Shown here: piece by piece, positions 1 through 10,178 of the stretch
Numbering within the stretch: the stretch's first letter is position 1
Layout of the letters: each line of letters opens with the position of its first letter
From: Ructibacterium sp.
Lineage (GTDB): Bacteria > Bacillota > Clostridia > Monoglobales > Monoglobaceae
Length of the DNA: 64,000 bases
Assembly: GCA_045540375.1 (NCBI GenBank)
Contig: JAZQHD010000146.1
Span: 32,117 to 96,116 of the forward strand
Direction: 5' to 3'
The notes under the pieces: generated by a model
What the model was told of the DNA's origin: nothing
What the model saw: the letters and a program-made list of their open reading frames with translations, nothing else
The model's database searches: none
Made by a program: the position numbers and the translations under genes

Positions 1-179
1 TCCTCGATGGTATCTTTATTCATTTTATATTCCCGATATTTCTCCACAATTGGAGTTAAATCAGAATGTTCCTTGCAGAGCTTTCTCCAGGTTTCCTGAT
101 CCGCAATTACTGCAGGATCACTAATTTTCTCTGCTAGTTCATCAAATTGCTTTTCAATAAAAGATAACTTATCAAACAT
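1..179 (-). CDS. prfA: Peptide chain release factor 1, N-terminal part (runs off window start)
   Basis: Hand translation from ATG at 179 gives [52 protein letters not shown], a typical RF1 N-terminus. RBS AGGAG upstream. Not in the ORF track. Confidence 0.88.
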   Translation of the reverse strand, partial: MFDKLSFIEKQFDELAEKISDPAVIADQETWRKLCKEHSDLTPIVEKYREYKMNKDTIE

Positions 180-202
180 ATTCTTCTCCTTAACTTTTTC
201 GC

Positions 203-1319
203 TTATAGTTCACCCTTCGACTTTGCAATCAAATAGGCATTCACAAACCCATCCAAATCTCCATCCATAACTGCTCCTACATTTCCAACTTCAAAGTTAG
301 TTCTGTGATCCTTAACCATACTATATGGATGAAAAACATAGGATCGAATCTGGCTTCCCCATCCAATTTCCATCTGGACACCCTTTAAATCTTCAATTTT
401 CTCTTTCTGTTCCCGTTCTGCAATCTCAATCAGTTTGGAGGTCAACATCTTCATCGCCGTTTCTCGATTCTTATGCTGAGAACGTTCATTCTGACAAGTT
501 ACCACAACTCCGGTAGGAATATGAGTAATCCGAATTGCCGATTCCGTTTTATTGATGTGCTGGCCGCCAGCACCACTACTTCGATATGTGTCTACACGTA
601 AATCCTCTTGATTGATTTCAACATGAACACTCTCATCAATTTCTGGCATGACTTCAACAGAGGCAAAGGAGGTGTGCCGCCTTGCAGCAGAGTCAAACGG
701 TGAAATTCGCACCAACCGATGAACTCCTTTTTCGCTCTTGGCATAACCATAGGCATTGAGTCCTTCTACCAAAAATGTTACACTCTTGATTCCGGCTTCT
801 TCCCCCGCAAGATAATCAAGCGTTTCCGTCTTATATCCACGGCGCTCTGCCCAATGGCTATACATCCGAAAAAGCATTTCACACCAATCCTGTGCTTCTG
901 TACCACCAGCGCCTGCGTGAAGAGTCATAATGGCACTGTTTTTGTCGTATTTTCCTGAAAGCAAGGTTTCCAGCTTCATGGTCTCAAGATCTTTTTCAAG
1001 TTGATGATAGCCCTGCTTGATTTCCTCGAGAACCTCTTCGTCCTCTTCCTCAATCGCAAGTTCAACCAGGGTGAGTAAATCCTCCCAGGTTGCCTTTAAG
1101 GTATCATAACGGGAAATTTTATCTCGCATCCCTTTAATCTGTTGCAATACTTTTCCTGCCGCTTCCATGTCATCATAAAAATTAGGCTCCATGGTTTTGG
1201 CATCTAGAGAATCTGCCTCTTCTTGCGTTTTAGCAATGTTAAAGTGAATCCCTCAGTTCTGTTATCTCTTTTTCCATACCCTCTAGGGCAAGACGGTATT
1301 CGTCAAATGCTACGATCAC
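203..1319 (-). CDS. prfB: Peptide chain release factor 2, expressed via programmed +1 frameshift
   Basis: SPF and GGQ motifs in ORF 203..1192. Short upstream frame from GTG at 1319 ([26 protein letters not shown]) ends at CTT TAA C (1244-1238); the +1 frame continues [21 protein letters not shown] into the main ORF. Confidence 0.95.
1238..1254 (-). promoter_or_regulatory. prfB programmed frameshift cassette (internal SD-like GAGGGA, CTT TAA C)
   Basis: Minus strand reads CTG AGG GAT TCA CTT TAA C ATT. Position and layout match the canonical prfB shift site, except that the stop is TAA. Confidence 0.9.
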
Positions 1320-1348
1320 AGTATCACTTCCTTTGATGAAATAGATTT

Positions 1349-4105
1349 TTACTGTTCTTTATCCATACAGCAATGCTTATATTTTTTTCCACTGCCGCAA
1401 GGACAAGGATCATTTCTGCCGATTGTTACTTTTTTCCGCACCGGCTCTTTTTTTACAGTTCCATCGCCACCATAGTTTTCTGCCATGGGTTTTGCAACCT
1501 GAGTCCGTTCGATCTTGGTTTGAGGAACTGCATGAAACAAATGTTTCACAGTATCTTCCTTGATAGATGCAATCATCTCTTCAAACATATCCATTGCTTC
1601 AAACTTATATTCAACAACCGGATTCCGCTGAGCATAAGCCCGAAGATTAATTCCCTGACGAAGTTGTTCCATGTTATCGATGTGTGCCATCCATTTTTGA
1701 TCTACAACACGAAGGAGAATGATTCGTTCAACTTCCCTGATAACCTCTCCAAACTCCGTTTCTTTTTCCTGGTATTTCTTTTCAACTGCATCAAGAAGCT
1801 GACCTTTAAGTCCCTCTACCGTCATCATATCTAGCTCTTTCACATCGAAAGCAAAGGTTTCCTCCGGCAGTTCTCCAAAGACAGAAATAATATTCTCCTC
1901 CAGAGATTTCAAATCCCATTCCAACGGGTCTCTACCTGCCGTATACAGAGAAATAATTGTATCCAGCGTATCATTTCTCATATTCCGGATAAATCCTTGC
2001 ATGTCCTCACCATTTAAAACACGGTTTCTCTGATCATAAATCATTTCCCGCTGCTGATTGTTCACATCATCATATTGAAGTACGTGCTTCCGGATATCAA
2101 AGTTTCTTCCCTCAACTCTTTGTTGCGCTGTTTCAATTGCGTTGGAGACCAACTTACTTTCAATCGCTTCATCGTCTGCAAAACCTAATGTATCCATAAC
2201 ACGATTAATCCGATCTGACGCAAAAAGTCGCATTAGATCATCCTCTAAGGACAGATAAAACTTAGAAACACCCTGATCCCCCTGACGACCGGAACGACCT
2301 CGCAACTGATTATCAATTCGACGGCTTTCATGACGTTCGGTACCTAAAATACACAAGCCGCCCGCCTCAAGAACTTCTGCTTGCTCCGGTGCAATTTCTT
2401 CCTTAAACCGGCTAAGCAATTCCCGATAGGTTTTGCGTGCATTTAGAATTTCTTCATCTTCTGTTTCGGCAAAGCCTGTCGCCTGAACAATCATTTCTTC
2501 TGCAAAGCCCTGCTTTCGCATTTCATCTTTCGCCATAAACTCAGCATTACCACCCAGCACAATATCTGTACCACGACCCGCCATATTAGTGGCAATCGTA
2601 ACAGCACCTTTTTTACCTGCCTGAGCTACAATTTCTGCTTCCTTATCGTGAAATTTTGCATTCAAAACCTGATGCGGTATTCCACGTTTTTTCAACAGTT
2701 TACTCAAAAGTTCGGATTTTTCTATAGATACTGTACCAATTAGAACCGGCTGCCCCTTAGCATGAGCTTTCACAACCTCATCAATAACAGCATTGAATTT
2801 ACCCAACTCTGTCTTAAAAATGCTGTCAGGTTGATCTTCCCTGGCAAGGGGTTTATTTGTGGGAATCACAATAACATCCAAGCTATAAATCTCCTGGAAT
2901 TCCTCTTCCTCTGTTTGAGCGGTACCGGTCATACCAGATAGTTTTTTGTAAAGCCGGAAAAAATTCTGAAATGTAATGGTAGCAAGCGTCTTGCTTTCAT
3001 GTTCTACCTTTACCCCTTCTTTCGCCTCAATGGCTTGATGAAGTCCATCGCTGTACCGCCGACCAAACATCATGCGCCCGGTAAATTCATCAACAATAAT
3101 AACCTCGCCGTCTTTTACAACATAATCCTTGTCTCGTTTCATAACACCAATGGCCTTAATAGCCTGATTGATATGATGAGATAAGGTCATATTGGCAGGA
3201 TCTGTCAAATTCTCTATCTGGAATGCTGCTTCTGCTTTCTTGACACCTTGAGGAGTCAGCATTGCAGTATGAGCCTTTTCATCTACAATATAGTCAAATT
3301 CATTATACTCTTCCGCATCTTCTACCTCTACCTTGGCATCGGTTTCCACAACCTTTTTATACCGAAGAGTTTTCGCAAAACGATCTGCCTGAACATACAA
3401 ATCTGTTGATTTATCACCGATGCCGGAAATAATCAGCGGAGTACGTGCCTCATCAATTAGAATACTGTCTACCTCGTCCACAATAGCATAGGCATGACCT
3501 CTTTGGACCTTATTCTCTTTGTATATGACCATGTTATCCCGCAAATAGTCAAAACCCAACTCGTTATTGGTACCATAGGTAATATCTGCAGCATAGGCTT
3601 CCTTACGCTGCATATTATCTTTTTCATGAATAATCAATCCAACACTAAGTCCCAAGAAATTATAAAGCTTGCCCATCCACTCACTATCACGCTTTGCAAG
3701 ATAATCATTAACCGTTACAATGTGAACACCATTTCCTGTCAAAGCATTCAAATATGCTGGCAATGTTGCAACCAAAGTTTTACCCTCACCAGTTTTCATC
3801 TCGGCAATTCTTCCTTGATGCAACACAATACCGCCTACAATTTGTACTGGAAAATGCTTCATTCCAAGAACACGCCACGCTGCCTCGCGGCAAACTGCAA
3901 ACGCTTCCGGTAAAATATCATCCGTAGTTTCACCATTTTGCAATCTTTGTTTAAAGATATCTGTCATATCTCGTAACTCTTTGTCGCTCTTTCCCTCCAT
4001 TTCGGTTTCCAGAGCCAAAACGCGATCCCGAATCGGCTTAATCTTCTTTAATTCCCGCTCACTATATGTGCCGATAACTTTCTCTATCATTCCCTTGAAA
4101 GACAT
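1349..4105 (-). CDS. secA: Preprotein translocase ATPase SecA
   Basis: [37 protein letters not shown] and C-terminal [18 protein letters not shown] zinc motif. Start placed at ATG 4105 behind GGAGGG (ORF track 4138). Confidence 0.98.
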   Translation of the reverse strand: MSFKGMIEKVIGTYSERELKKIKPIRDRVLALETEMEGKSDKELRDMTDIFKQRLQNGETTDDILPEAFAVCREAAWRVLGMKHFPVQIVGGIVLHQGRIAEMKTGEGKTLVATLPAYLNALTGNGVHIVTVNDYLAKRDSEWMGKLYNFLGLSVGLIIHEKDNMQRKEAYAADITYGTNNELGFDYLRDNMVIYKENKVQRGHAYAIVDEVDSILIDEARTPLIISGIGDKSTDLYVQADRFAKTLRYKKVVETDAKVEVEDAEEYNEFDYIVDEKAHTAMLTPQGVKKAEAAFQIENLTDPANMTLSHHINQAIKAIGVMKRDKDYVVKDGEVIIVDEFTGRMMFGRRYSDGLHQAIEAKEGVKVEHESKTLATITFQNFFRLYKKLSGMTGTAQTEEEEFQEIYSLDVIVIPTNKPLAREDQPDSIFKTELGKFNAVIDEVVKAHAKGQPVLIGTVSIEKSELLSKLLKKRGIPHQVLNAKFHDKEAEIVAQAGKKGAVTIATNMAGRGTDIVLGGNAEFMAKDEMRKQGFAEEMIVQATGFAETEDEEILNARKTYRELLSRFKEEIAPEQAEVLEAGGLCILGTERHESRRIDNQLRGRSGRQGDQGVSKFYLSLEDDLMRLFASDRINRVMDTLGFADDEAIESKLVSNAIETAQQRVEGRNFDIRKHVLQYDDVNNQQREMIYDQRNRVLNGEDMQGFIRNMRNDTLDTIISLYTAGRDPLEWDLKSLEENIISVFGELPEETFAFDVKELDMMTVEGLKGQLLDAVEKKYQEKETEFGEVIREVERIILLRVVDQKWMAHIDNMEQLRQGINLRAYAQRNPVVEYKFEAMDMFEEMIASIKEDTVKHLFHAVPQTKIERTQVAKPMAENYGGDGTVKKEPVRKKVTIGRNDPCPCGSGKKYKHCCMDKEQ

Positions 4106-4169
4106 GCTCATCCCTCCAAAATCCAGTTCTATCGTCAATGCATTTCATCATTTTTACATACTATCGCTT

Positions 4170-4198
4170 ATTATACCATCATTTCCCATGCATTGCAA
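4170..4198 (-). promoter_or_regulatory. sigmaA-type promoter for secA-prfB-prfA
   Basis: Minus strand TTGCAA-17 nt-TATAAT with a TG extended -10. Confidence 0.7.
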
Positions 4199-4384
4199 GA
4201 AAAATCTTATAATGCGGCGGGTTTTCTTTCCCTTTTTTTCCACAAAATTCTAATCTTTTTGTTTGTAAAGAAAATGTAATCATATTTTTACCGAATTTCA
4301 ATATCACAACACATCCTAATGGTATAATAAGATTATAAGAATACAAAATGTTGTGTTTTAACACAAAAATATAAGGAGGTTCTC

Positions 4385-6646
4385 ATGAAGAAAAAACACA
4401 CTAAAATCCTTTGTCTGCTCCTTGCAGCGCTGATGCTAACCGGACTGTTTCTCCCCGCCTATGCTGATGGTGAAGATCCAATATCAGACAGTGGTACGGA
4501 AGCTACTCCCGGTTCTAACGAATCAACTCCTGCCATTCAAAGCATTGACATTAATGCCAATTACTATGCAGAAGACACCGAAGGAAGCTATACCATTATT
4601 TTTACCATCATGGAAGAAATTCCTGCTTTCACTCATCTTTCTATGAAAGTTTCTTTAGAAAATGCAAAAGTAAACGATGCATCCTTTGAAAGCTCATTTA
4701 TGGAAGGAAATAGTGCAGAAATTGGAAGATATCCCGGATACGCTATTTTCCCATTGTCTTATGCCGAAGCAAAAACAATTTCTGCTAAAACCAGGCTTTG
4801 TACTTTAACCGTTACCGAAGCAGAAGCTTCTCCATCAATGGAAAATCTGACCATAACCGAGTTCTCTATCGTCAAGGAAAACGAATCCGAATCCACGCCG
4901 CTGACCGCTGATATTACCGTAGAAGAAGGTCCCATTATCCCCGAACTAAACGAGGAAACTCAAGCAGTTTTCGACACTCTTTGCACTTTGCCAAATCCTG
5001 CAACTATTTCCTTCTATCAAGAGGACGGCTCTTTTACCAACTTGATGGCAATAAAAGAAAAGGCCGTAGCTGCTAAGACTGCATATAACGCTCTTCCCTC
5101 TGCATCGCGTACCGCTCTTGATACTGTTATGGAATACTACAACAAACCCAACTATGCAACAAGCAATCTTGCATCCGTGGCACAAACAATGTATGATGTC
5201 AGAGGTCTTATCGAAATTGCAAAAGCTACCGAGTCAATCACTTCAGACAACGCTCTTTCCTTCCAGTTCTTGATTTCTGTCTTTGAAGCAAAGAAAAACG
5301 TTAATTTGGAGAACATTTCCCCGGATTCAACCGCTCGAAGTGAAATTAACCAGGTAATTTCCACAATGCAGACCGCAGCTACAACAGTAGCTAATGCAAA
5401 GACTACTGCCGATGCAGAAACAGATGGTGGTTGCAAAACTAAAACCTACGCTTGTCAAAGTCAGATTGCTATTATTCAAAGTCTTGGTGAGCACAAGTAC
5501 CATAAAGACTATCTGTCTGATCTTGAATCCCAGATTACTGTTTTAAAAGCTGATACCGAAGTAGCATATGCCTCTGATGCAATCATGAAAAAAGCACTGC
5601 TTGACACCTTATCCGATGTAGAATCTACTGTTGGATTAATCAAAGAGGGCATAAAGGAGTTGCCCACCGTAGTGATTAAAGGTTTTAACTTAAGAAGCAG
5701 TTATACTGTTACTTTCACCCGAAAAACACTTTCTGATGAATCTTTGGATGTACAGGTCTCCTTTGTTGTAACTGATAAAAACGGGACCGAGGTTGACACC
5801 ATAACAAAGACATTCCCCTCAAATGCTCGCTCTCTCGACGTGTCTGTGGTTGCCAATCCGGGTCGATACAAGGGAAACGAACTTTACACTTTCCATTTAT
5901 ACTACCATATCAATGACGGAAAATTCTTGATTGATACCCAGGAACTCGAATGTACAAATTATAGATTGGAAGGAATTGGTGGTTTAGGTACTAACACAGG
6001 AACTGGTCTTGGTGGTGGAAACTCTACAGTTGTTGTCCCCACAACCCCTTCTACAGGCGGAACTATTTTCCCAGACAGCAATGATGAGCCAGAAGTGATT
6101 GAGCCTGAATCCAACTTTAACGACATAGGAAACTACACATGGGCAAGTGAAGCAATCGATACCCTGTATGAAGCTGGTATCATCAATGGTATGGAAGAAG
6201 GTATATTTAATCCTGCGGGTCAGGTTACACGGGAACAGTTCTGTAAAATGGTTGTTGCTCTCTTTGATATTCCCCTTGGAACCACCGTTACCAGTTTTGA
6301 CGATGTAAGTGCGAATGCATGGTATGCCCCCTATATTACCGCCGCTATGCAAGCAGGTTACGTACAAGGTCAATCGGACGAATATTTTGGCATTGGCGAA
6401 TCCATCATGCGTCAAGATATGGCTGTCATTCTTTATCGCGCCCTCGGAGACCAGAATAGTAAAGCAATTCTGAACTTCAGCGACAAAGAAAACATTGCGC
6501 CTTATGCCGAAGATGCCATTGCAGAACTTGTTGGTCTGGGTATCATCAATGGTTATGAAGACGGAAGTTTTCAACCTCGCGGCACTGCAACCCGTGCCGA
6601 AGCAGCAAAGATGATCTATGGCATCTATCAATACTTGAATCAATAA
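4385..6646 (+). CDS. Secreted surface protein with three C-terminal SLH domains; N-terminal beta-sandwich and helical region of unknown function
   Basis: Signal peptide MKKKHTKILCLLLAALM..AYA. SLH repeats (FNDIGNYTWA..GIING..F.P...TREQF; FDDV..AWY; FSD..IAPYA..TRAEAA). RBS AAGGAGG. Confidence 0.88.
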   Translation: MKKKHTKILCLLLAALMLTGLFLPAYADGEDPISDSGTEATPGSNESTPAIQSIDINANYYAEDTEGSYTIIFTIMEEIPAFTHLSMKVSLENAKVNDASFESSFMEGNSAEIGRYPGYAIFPLSYAEAKTISAKTRLCTLTVTEAEASPSMENLTITEFSIVKENESESTPLTADITVEEGPIIPELNEETQAVFDTLCTLPNPATISFYQEDGSFTNLMAIKEKAVAAKTAYNALPSASRTALDTVMEYYNKPNYATSNLASVAQTMYDVRGLIEIAKATESITSDNALSFQFLISVFEAKKNVNLENISPDSTARSEINQVISTMQTAATTVANAKTTADAETDGGCKTKTYACQSQIAIIQSLGEHKYHKDYLSDLESQITVLKADTEVAYASDAIMKKALLDTLSDVESTVGLIKEGIKELPTVVIKGFNLRSSYTVTFTRKTLSDESLDVQVSFVVTDKNGTEVDTITKTFPSNARSLDVSVVANPGRYKGNELYTFHLYYHINDGKFLIDTQELECTNYRLEGIGGLGTNTGTGLGGGNSTVVVPTTPSTGGTIFPDSNDEPEVIEPESNFNDIGNYTWASEAIDTLYEAGIINGMEEGIFNPAGQVTREQFCKMVVALFDIPLGTTVTSFDDVSANAWYAPYITAAMQAGYVQGQSDEYFGIGESIMRQDMAVILYRALGDQNSKAILNFSDKENIAPYAEDAIAELVGLGIINGYEDGSFQPRGTATRAEAAKMIYGIYQYLNQ

Positions 6647-6664
6647 CTTATTCACTCCTTATGG

Positions 6665-6706
6665 AAACAGAACAGGCAGAGCAAAAAATCTACCTGTTCT
6701 GTTTTT
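6665..6706. terminator. Inverted repeat / bidirectional terminator after SLH gene
   Basis: AAACAGAACAGG...CCTGTTCTGTTT followed by a T run. Confidence 0.7.
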
Positions 6707-6724
6707 CGGTATACAGCAGAAAAT

Positions 6725-6746
6725 GCAGAGCAACGCTCTGCTTTTT
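6725..6746 (+). terminator. Second hairpin terminator
   Basis: GCAGAGC-AAC-GCTCTGC-TTTTT. Confidence 0.55.
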
Positions 6747-6777
6747 AATTTCGGCTTATTTTTCGAAATCATATCCT

Positions 6778-6828
6778 TATGGACTCCGCTATGAATTAGA
6801 CGCGTCTGGCTTGCGCACAATTTTCACA
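6778..6828 (+). repeat. 51-bp direct repeat copy 1 (remnant of sensor kinase 3' end)
   Basis: 48/51 identical to 47995..48045; translates YGLRYELDASGLRTIFT versus kinase YGLRYELDESGLRTIVT. Confidence 0.92.
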
Positions 6829-6853
6829 CACAGTATGCTCATTCAAATTATAA

Positions 6854-7558
6854 TTAAATTTCAACTCTGTTATCATGAATCAAATCCAAATTGGATGCAT
6901 AAAGATGCGAAACATCCGAAAAACACAAGCAGCTTGGCGCCGTAACTCCGTTAGGATTATTTTTAAACTCAATCACAGTAACTCCTGTGTGTGTCATCTG
7001 AAAAGAGGACCACATAATGTGAATTGGAATATGAAGCAAAACAGAAAGCCACGCGCGAGCCATCGCGGTATGACAGAACAATGCAACCTTTTCTTCATTA
7101 TTTCTCAGGATACGATAGATACCATTTTCTTCCTTGTATCCAAGTCGCTCCAGAAACTCTTTTCCGTTTTCCTCAATATATTTGACAGCCTTTTCCATTT
7201 GAGACTCTCTAATACCGCTACATTCATAAGTCCGGTCATAGGGTAAATCAATATTCCCGTTTTCTCGATAATAGGTGTTTTGAACAATAGAAATTGACTT
7301 CATTTCTCCGTCAGGAAAAGGAGTTAGTCTTTCATCTTCAATTTCATGCGCCCATTCCTCAATGTTTTTTTCAATGCCCAAAAGCCTGCAAGCAGGGTCA
7401 GCCGTCTCCTTCGCTCTTCCGTATGGAGACGAAAAAATTCTGTCTACTTTGGCATCAAAGATTCGTTTTCCCACGGCTTCTGCTTGTATTTTACCTCTTT
7501 CCGTCAAGGTATCCGTTTCATAAATCGGATCACCATGTCTAACTATGTACAATAACAT
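6854..7558 (-). CDS. Histidine phosphatase (phosphoglycerate mutase-like) family protein
   Basis: N-terminal LYIVRHG, SSPYGRAKETA and a later conserved His (LFCH). Confidence 0.88.
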   Translation of the reverse strand: MLLYIVRHGDPIYETDTLTERGKIQAEAVGKRIFDAKVDRIFSSPYGRAKETADPACRLLGIEKNIEEWAHEIEDERLTPFPDGEMKSISIVQNTYYRENGNIDLPYDRTYECSGIRESQMEKAVKYIEENGKEFLERLGYKEENGIYRILRNNEEKVALFCHTAMARAWLSVLLHIPIHIMWSSFQMTHTGVTVIEFKNNPNGVTAPSCLCFSDVSHLYASNLDLIHDNRVEI

Positions 7559-7592
7559 TTTGCTACCTCCCTGTTATATCAACAAAGTCAAT

Positions 7593-8318
7593 TTAAAAAA
7601 TCATAATCAGTCCACTGATTAACATTCCTATATAAATTATCCGTTTTAGTTTGTTAGAATCAAGTTTATCGAACACACCGCGTCCAATAAAATCTCCTAT
7701 CATACATCCCGCCATACCAACCAGTGCATAGACCAATACTTGAAGATCAATGATTCCATTAATCACACGAAAGGTGGTAGCATATAGATTCGTAAAACAG
7801 AAATAAAACTGGATTGTCGCAAAATAGGTTATATTATCCGAGGTCGCACTACTCAGATATAAGACCGCAGGCGGTCCACCCGTTGAAAACAAGCCCCCCA
7901 AAGTTCCACCAAGACTACCGGCTAAAAGTCCGTTTACAAAAGTCGGCTTTATGGCGATGCGTTTGTTAAAGAAAAAGAAGTATAGGCTAAGTACAGACAA
8001 AACAATACCAAGGAGAACCTCAAATACATTTCCGGCAATGATTGAGGAAAAATGCACAGCAACAGGAATCACAACCAGAGCTGAACAAGCCATTGGAAGA
8101 GCGGTTTTAAAAACAATATTTCTACGATAGCGAATGGCATTATAGGTTACCGTCATGCAGGCGAAAAGCGACGAAACTGCTGCAGCTGCCGCATGAGATG
8201 GTAGCAAATATGGTAAGAACATCATTGCAAAGATGCCTAATCCAAATCCACTGACACGCTGAACAAAACCAGCCCCTACTCCAATCAGAATTAAAAACAA
8301 GTAACGTAGTAACTCCAG
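7593..8318 (-). CDS. TauE/SafE family membrane exporter
   Basis: Hydrophobic; AGFVQRVSGFGLG and GGLFSTGGPP repeats. Start probably CTG at 8318 behind AAGGGGG (ORF track TTG 8300). Confidence 0.82.
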   Translation of the reverse strand: MELLRYLFLILIGVGAGFVQRVSGFGLGIFAMMFLPYLLPSHAAAAAVSSLFACMTVTYNAIRYRRNIVFKTALPMACSALVVIPVAVHFSSIIAGNVFEVLLGIVLSVLSLYFFFFNKRIAIKPTFVNGLLAGSLGGTLGGLFSTGGPPAVLYLSSATSDNITYFATIQFYFCFTNLYATTFRVINGIIDLQVLVYALVGMAGCMIGDFIGRGVFDKLDSNKLKRIIYIGMLISGLIMIF

Positions 8319-8365
8319 AATACTCGCCCCCTTTCTTGCAAATGATAATCCATAATCTAAAAATA

Positions 8366-9175
8366 TTACAAACTGTTTTGAATTTCACTAAGACGCTCAA
8401 AGGCCTTGACTGCTGTTTCATCATCGATACTCTCGCAGATAATCGGAATATCCAGATTCTTTTCCTTCATCTTTTGGAAAATCAATTGATAATTAAGCAA
8501 TCCTTCACCTGGAATGGTCCGTTGCAATTTTTTATCCACAATAACAAAATCTTTGGCATGAATTGCAACAATCTTATCTCCCACAAGGTCGAACATATTA
8601 GATATCATTTCATCCTGCTTCGTATAGTTTTCGATGGTAATAAGATTATAAGGATCAAAAATTACTTTGATATTGTCAGAATTCACGTCAGCCATAAGCC
8701 GAGCCATCATTTCTGGAGAATGAATCACATAAGCACTCACGCCCTCAATCCCAACATTTACTTGAAATTTTTCTGCCTCCGCAACAAGTTCTTTCACATT
8801 CTTCAAAAGATGCTGATATGCTTCTTCTGTGCGAGTTTTTCCCTCTATATATGGACCGGTCTCAGTTCCGACCGCAATGGGTTTCAATACTGAAGCATAA
8901 CGAATTTTTTCCTTGAATTTCGCCATATGTTGCTCCAGCATTTCCATATCCATTGTCGACGGATTGATATAACTACCCAGAATCGCAATTTTTGAATTAG
9001 GAAGTTCCTCTTTGATTTTCAAAGCATATTCCTCAGAATACTCACCAACCTGAAAACCCTCTATGCTTTTTTCAAGCACAAGCTGAATATACTCGATTCC
9101 GGCATCCTTGCATCGTTGGTCGATGTTTCTTAATCCTTTTGCCATGACATCATGGCCTCTAATACCTTTTTTCAT
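8366..9175 (-). CDS. Sugar phosphate isomerase/epimerase (xylose isomerase-like TIM barrel)
   Basis: Metal-binding pattern GIE..., IFDPYN, IHAKD, PGEGLLNY, IICE. Confidence 0.85.
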   Translation of the reverse strand: MKKGIRGHDVMAKGLRNIDQRCKDAGIEYIQLVLEKSIEGFQVGEYSEEYALKIKEELPNSKIAILGSYINPSTMDMEMLEQHMAKFKEKIRYASVLKPIAVGTETGPYIEGKTRTEEAYQHLLKNVKELVAEAEKFQVNVGIEGVSAYVIHSPEMMARLMADVNSDNIKVIFDPYNLITIENYTKQDEMISNMFDLVGDKIVAIHAKDFVIVDKKLQRTIPGEGLLNYQLIFQKMKEKNLDIPIICESIDDETAVKAFERLSEIQNSL

Positions 9176-9198
9176 ATTACACCAATTCCTTTTATCTT

Positions 9199-10167
9199 TT
9201 ATTCCACTATGGGAATGGAAACATTAAATGTCTCGTCCGCTTTTTCCGATGGCATACATGCGAGCAAAATCGCCTTCGGTTTATTATCTTCAAAGAAAAT
9301 CTGGGGACGTTCCATTCTATAAAGTGGTATATTAGCACATACAAAGGGAAGTTCCTTTTTCATGGCAAGTGAATTCTTAGCAGCTTTCCATTCCAGTGCA
9401 TCTTTGGAACAAAACAATGCCAAATCTCCTTTTTGGGACTTGGTAAAGTATCCCTGAAAATCCTTTGCTATAACATAAAAAACGCCATCTTCCTGCCAAA
9501 TAAATGCATCTTCCACCGACCATTCATTTTCCGGATTAACCAAAATAGGTTTGTCATGCTTTACAAAAGGTCCATCCGGCTTCTCTGCAACAGCAATTCC
9601 ACAAACCACCGAACCACCCTTGGGATACTTTCCGTTATCCTCAACAGCTTTATAAATCATATAAAATTTTCCATCTTCGCCTATGGTTACAGATGGATTG
9701 GAGGTCATCAATGAATCAAATCCTTTGGGGCTTACATCAATAATAGGATGGTCAAATCGTTTCCAGGGTCCATCCGGGGAATCGGCTACCGCAACGCCAA
9801 CTCTTTGATGATTACGATGGTTCCAAAAATCACCATTTCCATAGTTTCCCATGTAATACATATAATATTTGTCCTCATACTTCAGGACAGCAGGATTATG
9901 GACTGAGCCACTATCCCATCCTTCCCCGCTATTTAAGGCAATTCCTTTGTATTCAAAGCCGCCATAGGGATTATCACTGACCGCATATCCGATTTTAGAG
10001 CAGATTACCCAATCATTGTCAAAAGAGCCTGAATCGGGCCAAAAGGAGAAATAAAGATAATATAATCCATCATCCCCCTTGGTCATTGTCCCACACCAGA
10101 CAAAATAACCATCCATTTTAAAAATAGCTTCGTCCGTTATCTTACCAAGCCGATCTATAAAATTCAT
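9199..10167 (-). CDS. Five-bladed beta-propeller glycoside hydrolase (GH43/GH117-like), cytoplasmic
   Basis: WCG..KGDDGLYYLYFS.W, HNPAV, SNPSV, VEDAFIW, ERPQI blade motifs; no signal peptide. Confidence 0.75.
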   Translation of the reverse strand: MNFIDRLGKITDEAIFKMDGYFVWCGTMTKGDDGLYYLYFSFWPDSGSFDNDWVICSKIGYAVSDNPYGGFEYKGIALNSGEGWDSGSVHNPAVLKYEDKYYMYYMGNYGNGDFWNHRNHQRVGVAVADSPDGPWKRFDHPIIDVSPKGFDSLMTSNPSVTIGEDGKFYMIYKAVEDNGKYPKGGSVVCGIAVAEKPDGPFVKHDKPILVNPENEWSVEDAFIWQEDGVFYVIAKDFQGYFTKSQKGDLALFCSKDALEWKAAKNSLAMKKELPFVCANIPLYRMERPQIFFEDNKPKAILLACMPSEKADETFNVSIPIVE

Positions 10168-10178
10168 ACACAAGCTCC

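Noticed and set aside
1192-1319. prfB looks N-terminally truncated or pseudogenised in the ORF track
   Set aside because: Explained by the programmed +1 frameshift; the upstream frame has an RBS, a start and the correct length.
5984-6655. 223-aa antisense ORF over the SLH domains, and similar shadow ORFs throughout the window
   Set aside because: Fully overlap well-supported genes on the other strand and have no protein-like features.
6661-6945. 94-aa plus-strand ORF with a kinase-like peptide
   Set aside because: It runs through two terminator hairpins and overlaps the phosphatase gene antisense; only the 51-bp remnant is meaningful.
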